Notes under the pieces: model-generated | What the model saw: the letters and a program-made list of their open reading frames with translations, nothing else | Database searches by the model: none | Told to the model about the DNA's origin: nothing | Source: an uncultured candidate division Zixibacteria bacterium | GTDB taxonomy: Bacteria; Zixibacteria; MSB-5A5; GN15; FEB-12 | Reading direction: 5' to 3' | DNA: 64,000 bases | NCBI GenBank assembly: GCA_963664195.1 | Contig: OY760907.1 | Location: forward strand, 1,216,001-1,280,000 | Made by a program: the position numbers and the translations under genes | Shown here: piece after piece, positions 59,525 through 64,000 of the stretch | Position numbering within the stretch: position 1 is the first letter of the stretch | How the letters are laid out: every line of letters starts with the position of its first letter

Positions 59525-59953
59525 TCAATTCAGTTTCTCTACCGTGACACGCGTGCCCGAGATACCGAGTATCTTGACTTTCGTCTGCGGCGCAATCTCC
59601 TCGGCGGCCTTTGCCACCCATATTTCTCCCTCGAACTTGACCTTGCCGCCCAGATCGGGGTCTATCTTTTCAGTCACGAGCGCAATCTGCCCGATCATGC
59701 GGTCGACGTTGGAAGTCTCCGGAGAGGGCTTGCTGATTCTCTTGGCGAACCTGCGGGTAAGCGGAATGAGGACGATCGACACCACCGCAAATATCGCCAA
59801 CTGCCAGGAGTAAGACTCAGGCGATGACAAGGCAAATACGCCCGCAGCAGCCGAGCCTACGACAAAACAGATAAAGACCAGCGTCGGCGAGGCTAACTCG
59901 ATTATCAGAAACACGACCGCTGCCGCTAACCATATCCAGAACATTGTGGGCAT
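59525..59953 (-). CDS. NfeD family protein
   Basis: Three transmembrane segments plus OB-fold GKVKFEGEIWVA; paired with the SPFH gene. Confidence 0.88.
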   Translation of the reverse strand: MPTMFWIWLAAAVVFLIIELASPTLVFICFVVGSAAAGVFALSSPESYSWQLAIFAVVSIVLIPLTRRFAKRISKPSPETSNVDRMIGQIALVTEKIDPDLGGKVKFEGEIWVAKAAEEIAPQTKVKILGISGTRVTVEKLN

Positions 59954-60164
59954 ACCGGCTCCTTTCGAAAAACAGCTTGCCCGCTGCCGGTTCAAACGTT
60001 CAATTGTAATACCTGCAACCGGGACGCATATTCAAACCCCGACTGCAGAAGATGAAAGCCGTCTAAACGCCCGACTGTCAACAAAAAGGGCCACGTAGTG
60101 GCAGTGCCCCCTGGTGCCGTTGCCGCACAGCGACCATGGCGTGGGTAAGCAGAGAGGAGCACAG

Positions 60165-60948
60165 GTGTCCGAGAAGAAGCAAATGCCGTATCATCGGTTC
60201 GCCGACGTCTATGACCGGATGGAGGCCGACCTGCATTCCATGAACATGTTCCGGTACACGCTCGAGATCATGCAGAAGTTTGATATCGATCCTAACACCG
60301 GCCTCGACCTCTGTTGCGGCACAGGTACGGCAGCCAAGCTGTTCAATGACTACGGAATCGAGATGTCCGGTCTCGACGGCAGTCCTTCGATGATCAAAAT
60401 CGCCCGCGCCAAACTCAAAGGGGAGCGGGTCAAGCTGTACTGCCAGATGCTCCCCAAATTCGAGATACTGACAGGGGCAAGACAACGGACGCGCCGCCTG
60501 GTGCAGTTTGATCTGATCACCAGCTTCTACGACTCACTCAACTACCTGCTGACGAAACGGGATTTGCAGGCGAGTTTCCACAGCGTTCATCGTCATCTCA
60601 ACGGGAGGCTGGTTCGTTTTCGACATGAACACACCCCACGCCCTCCGGACGATCTGGGCGGAGCAAACGTACTCAGGCACGTTGGATGATATCGCGTGGG
60701 TGTTCAGAGGCAGAAGTTATGCGGACAGACAGACGGCCGACGCACTCATTACGTTCTTTGTCAAAAAGGGGAAACTGTGGGAACGGTTCGATGAAACCCA
60801 CACCGAACGCGGCTACGACAACAAGACGATCCGCGACATGCTGAAGACAACCGGATTCCAGATCAAAGGCTTCTACAAGTGCGGTACGTTCGACCGCGCG
60901 AAAATCTCAGACAACCGGATTTGCGTGGTAGCGAAGAGGGCACTATGA
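60165..60948 (+). pseudogene. Class I SAM-dependent methyltransferase, frameshifted near 60603 (real lesion or sequencing error)
   Basis: LDLCCGTG and DSLNY in one frame; GGWFVFDMNT...FDETHTERGY continues in another frame after HLN. Confidence 0.8.
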
Positions 60949-60974
60949 ATGTGTCACACTGAGCTTGGAGGCTG

Positions 60975-62281
60975 GGGCATGTAAGTATTTTTGTGTAAGC
61001 GGCCATGATGTATATTGGATTGAAGGAGGATACGCATGGCCAAGAAGCTCGACAATGCAGACAAGCTTATCGATGAAATGATCGCCGGGAAGACGCCCGA
61101 GGAGATAGTCGGCGAGGGCGGTCTTCTCGAAGCGCTTACGAAACGCGTCTACGAACGCGCCCTCGAAGGCGAGATGACGCACCATCTGGGCTACCCCCCC
61201 AAAGCCCCCGAGGGCCGCAACAGCGGCAACTCCCGCAACGGCAAGACCACCAAGACAGTTAAGACCGGGGCCGAGGATGTGAACTTAGCGATTCCCCGGG
61301 ACCGCAACGGCCAGTTCGAGCCACAGCTGGTCAAAAAGCATCAGCGTCGCCTGCCGGGTTTCGACGACAAGGTACTGGCGCTGTATGCTCGTGGGCTTTC
61401 GACCCGTGATATCCAGGGTCATCTTGAGGAGATGTACGGATCGGCCGTGTCGCCGGCGTTGATATCGGCGGTGACGGACGCAGTTTTGGAGGAGGTGACG
61501 GCGTGGCAGAACCGTCCGTTGGAGCCGGTGTATCCGATCGTGTACCTTGATGCCATCCACCTGAAGATGCGTCACAGCGGGCAGATCAAGAACCAGGCAG
61601 TGTATCTGGCTCTGGGGATCAACCGTGAGGGCGGCAAGGAGTTACTGGGGTTGTGGGTCGGCGAGCACGAGGGGGCCAAGTTCTGGTTGAACGTGCTGAC
61701 CCAGTTGAAGAACCGTGGGGTGCAGGACATCCTGATTGCCTGTGTGGACGGTCTGAGCGGTTTCCCCGACGCGATCGAGGCGGCCTATCCGAAGGCGCAG
61801 GTGCAGTTGTGCATCGTGCACATGGTGCGCAACTCGCTGAAGTATGTCTCCTGGAAACAGCGCAAGGCGGTGGCCGCCGATCTCAAGAGTGTTTATTCGG
61901 CGCCCAACGTGGAGGCCGCCGAGGAGGCCCTGGCCGCGCTTGAGGCCCGGTATGAGGACAGCTTCCCGCAAATCGCGCGCTCGTGGCGATCCTGCTGGGT
62001 GAACATCATTCCGTTTTTTGACTATCCGCCGGCGATTCGGAAAGTTATCTATACGACTAATGCGATTGAATCGATGAACGCTCAGCTGCGGAAAGTTACG
62101 TCGCGGCTCGACCGCCGACTCGGTGAGGAAGGTGCTGTATTTGGCGATACAGAGAATCTCGATGAAGTGGAAACGACCGATCAAAGACTGGGTGGCGGCA
62201 CTCAACCACTTCAGCATCATGTTTGAGGGAAGAATCTGACAACCGTGAAAAGGCTGCTTACACAAAATTCTGTACAGACCC
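60975..62281 (+). mobile_element. IS256-family insertion sequence with 9-bp target duplication TGGAGGCTG
   Basis: Inverted repeats GGGCATGTAAGTATTTTTGTGTAAGC and GGGTCTGTACAGAATTTTGTGTAAGC; direct repeats at 60966-60974 and 62282-62290. Confidence 0.95.
61036..62239 (+). pseudogene. IS256 transposase with a frameshifting deletion near 62100
   Basis: RNG, IPRDR, YLDA, QLCIVH and YTTNAIES. The canonical tail SVRKVLYLAI...WVAALNHFSIMFEGRI* is in a different frame. Confidence 0.85.
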
Positions 62282-62536
62282 TGGAGGCTGTGTCACAATA
62301 GCACCTTGCCCGTCAGTCGCAGCTTCGCGTTGACGAGACAACCTTACATATATCGGGCTGACAAAGACTTATGAGTACTGCACGATACTTGAGTTGACAG
62401 TCATCTACCTCTGAGCGGGTGGCCCAGAGTAGCTGCTGACCGGTCCATCATTGACGAGGTGAACGCGGAAGACTAGCGACCTGTAGACAAGGACCAGTTG
62501 TCCGCAGAAAAACGCAGGCTCACTCGCATCATCTGC

Positions 62537-63043
62537 CTAGCGAAAGAACGAACCCTTTCCCCTGAAATGCTTGTGGAAATCGTTCGTAAAAACTCCCCCT
62601 TGCCTGCTTGAGCAATGTTGAATCTCAACAGTGATCTTTCCGCCTGAGTCTTTCCTCACGGTCTTGACCAAGCCGCAATGATCGCGAGCACTGTTTGCCC
62701 AGATATCTCCGACCCGCACACCCTCAAGCTTCCCGAACTTGCCAACTTCGACCCTTCCGGAGACAAGATCCGGTACACGGACCAAGCAGTTCTGCGCACA
62801 TCGAGTCGAGGCTCCATGAGTGAGCCTCTTCTGATGTGCTACCCAATGCGCACATCCGGTTCCGGGGATGGGCTTCCAGTCGCTTCCTGTGAACCAGACC
62901 ATACAGTCTCTGGGAGTCACATGCCTATCAACACCTCGAGCAGCGGCATTTTGTCCGTCCAAGCACTTCTTGCAGTAGCCTCGTCCCCATTTCGTCCCAA
63001 CAGCATCCCTGCCAAGATGAATGTGACACTTCTTGCTAGGCAT
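62537..63043 (-). CDS. Cys/His-rich protein with NlpC/P60/CHAP-like amidase motifs
   Basis: GCAHWVAH, VGDIW and DHCGLV; AAGGAGG RBS. Confidence 0.55.
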   Translation of the reverse strand: MPSKKCHIHLGRDAVGTKWGRGYCKKCLDGQNAAARGVDRHVTPRDCMVWFTGSDWKPIPGTGCAHWVAHQKRLTHGASTRCAQNCLVRVPDLVSGRVEVGKFGKLEGVRVGDIWANSARDHCGLVKTVRKDSGGKITVEIQHCSSRQGGVFTNDFHKHFRGKGSFFR

Positions 63044-63089
63044 AGGCTCCCTCCTTCAACTCACTAACAGCGACTCGGATACTCGGATG

Positions 63090-63500
63090 TCAATATTCAG
63101 ACTCTCTGTCACCGATCAGCTTGTTGAGATGACCTCGAATGACGCTCTGTGCGGCAGTATCTGTATACTCACTGTAGAATAGCGAGTCGATGAGATCGAC
63201 TGGATGTGAAGGCAGGAAGTACGCTCGCAGTATCTGCTGACTGTTCCACGAAGTGCTGTCGCCAGTGTAGTTCGAGTAGCGCTGGACACGCAAAGACTCA
63301 GGTGGCATGCTCAGCAGATCGCCCAGGGCACGGAGAATCTCTGCTCTTTGATCATCAGTCTCAGATTGTCTCTCTGCATCGCGAAGGTACTCGACAACTG
63401 AATTCACACCGCTCGGCGGCTCTTGCTCAGACTCACCTTTACAACCGAGAAGCACAAAGAGAAGCGGCAATACCATGATTGCTCGTTGAATCCAACGCAT
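63090..63500 (-). CDS. Hypothetical lipoprotein
   Basis: Lipobox LLGC after a hydrophobic signal; acidic mature region. Confidence 0.6.
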   Translation of the reverse strand: MRWIQRAIMVLPLLFVLLGCKGESEQEPPSGVNSVVEYLRDAERQSETDDQRAEILRALGDLLSMPPESLRVQRYSNYTGDSTSWNSQQILRAYFLPSHPVDLIDSLFYSEYTDTAAQSVIRGHLNKLIGDRESEY

Positions 63501-64000
63501 ATGCTACCCCTATTCCACATTGATATGTGCTCAGGAGAAAAATAGTGACACGCAGCTACTTGTCAAGCCTTGATATCCGTGCCTCTTCCCTCACATCTCG
63601 TCGCCTCCCAAAACTCATCGGCCCGCACACCGCATGGTACCTTAGTCTGATAATCGTCAACGAGGTTGACTCGTGCACTAATTGTCTACCGGAAACATAC
63701 AGCGGCGCTGTCGCTACTGTGGCCTCTCACAGTAAGGTTCCATATTACTGACAGGCAATTGTAGGTCGAAACCCCTATGGTTTCGACAAGACATCGCACC
63801 CCAAGATGTGCGGCACATACAACTGAAAGTCACGACCGTGACCAAATCTTAGACGCCTCAGCCAAAACCTGAGCCGCAGCCTCCCGAAGGAGTCCCGCCG
63901 CCGGCAGGACCGCTCGAAGATGAACCACCGGTCGACGCGGCAAAGGTCGAGATCAGTTTTGAGGTCTCGACTGAACCACATTTCGGGCAGTTCACCGAAG

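Noticed and set aside
63750..64000. Pro-rich open frame at the right edge (TPQPKPEPQPPEG...)
   Set aside because: It is preceded by an in-frame TAG, has no clear start and is cut by the window end, so it cannot be called.

Overview
A 64 kb bacterial window. The FlgD-Ig/T9SS-type C-terminal domain at 5-7 kb and the Bacteroidota-like tmRNA tag suggest an FCB-group or related lineage such as Zixibacteria; this is inference only. From left to right it contains: (1) a TetR-linked minus-strand operon of a SpeD-like pyruvoyl decarboxylase, a GNAT, an ATP-grasp ligase and a PLP decarboxylase, behind a structured leader; (2) a TlpA-DUF4266-DUF3570-ApbE flavinylation module; (3) a B12-dependent CarH/LitR-type locus (fasciclin, DUF378, photolyase, SRPBCC, YbgA, TspO) with 11-bp tandem operator repeats; (4) aqpZ, fur-katG and a sigma54 two-component system next to a REC-HPF fusion; (5) a ~15.5 kb island between the tmRNA 3' end (~43.5 kb) and a displaced copy of that end (~27.97 kb), carrying IS debris, an IS3-family element and an ArsR-TusA-MvhD-HdrA-HdrA-HdrC-CCG-DsrE cluster; (6) tmRNA, potassium transport and housekeeping genes (Kup, AmmeMemoRadiSam fusion, SPFH/NfeD); (7) a frameshifted IS256 with a 9-bp target duplication and a possible amidase/lipoprotein pair. 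Two paralogous ~60-aa Cys/Trp proteins of a family I do not recognise lie 20 kb apart. I saw no CRISPR array, rRNA or tRNA. All family calls come from motif recognition; no database searches were run.
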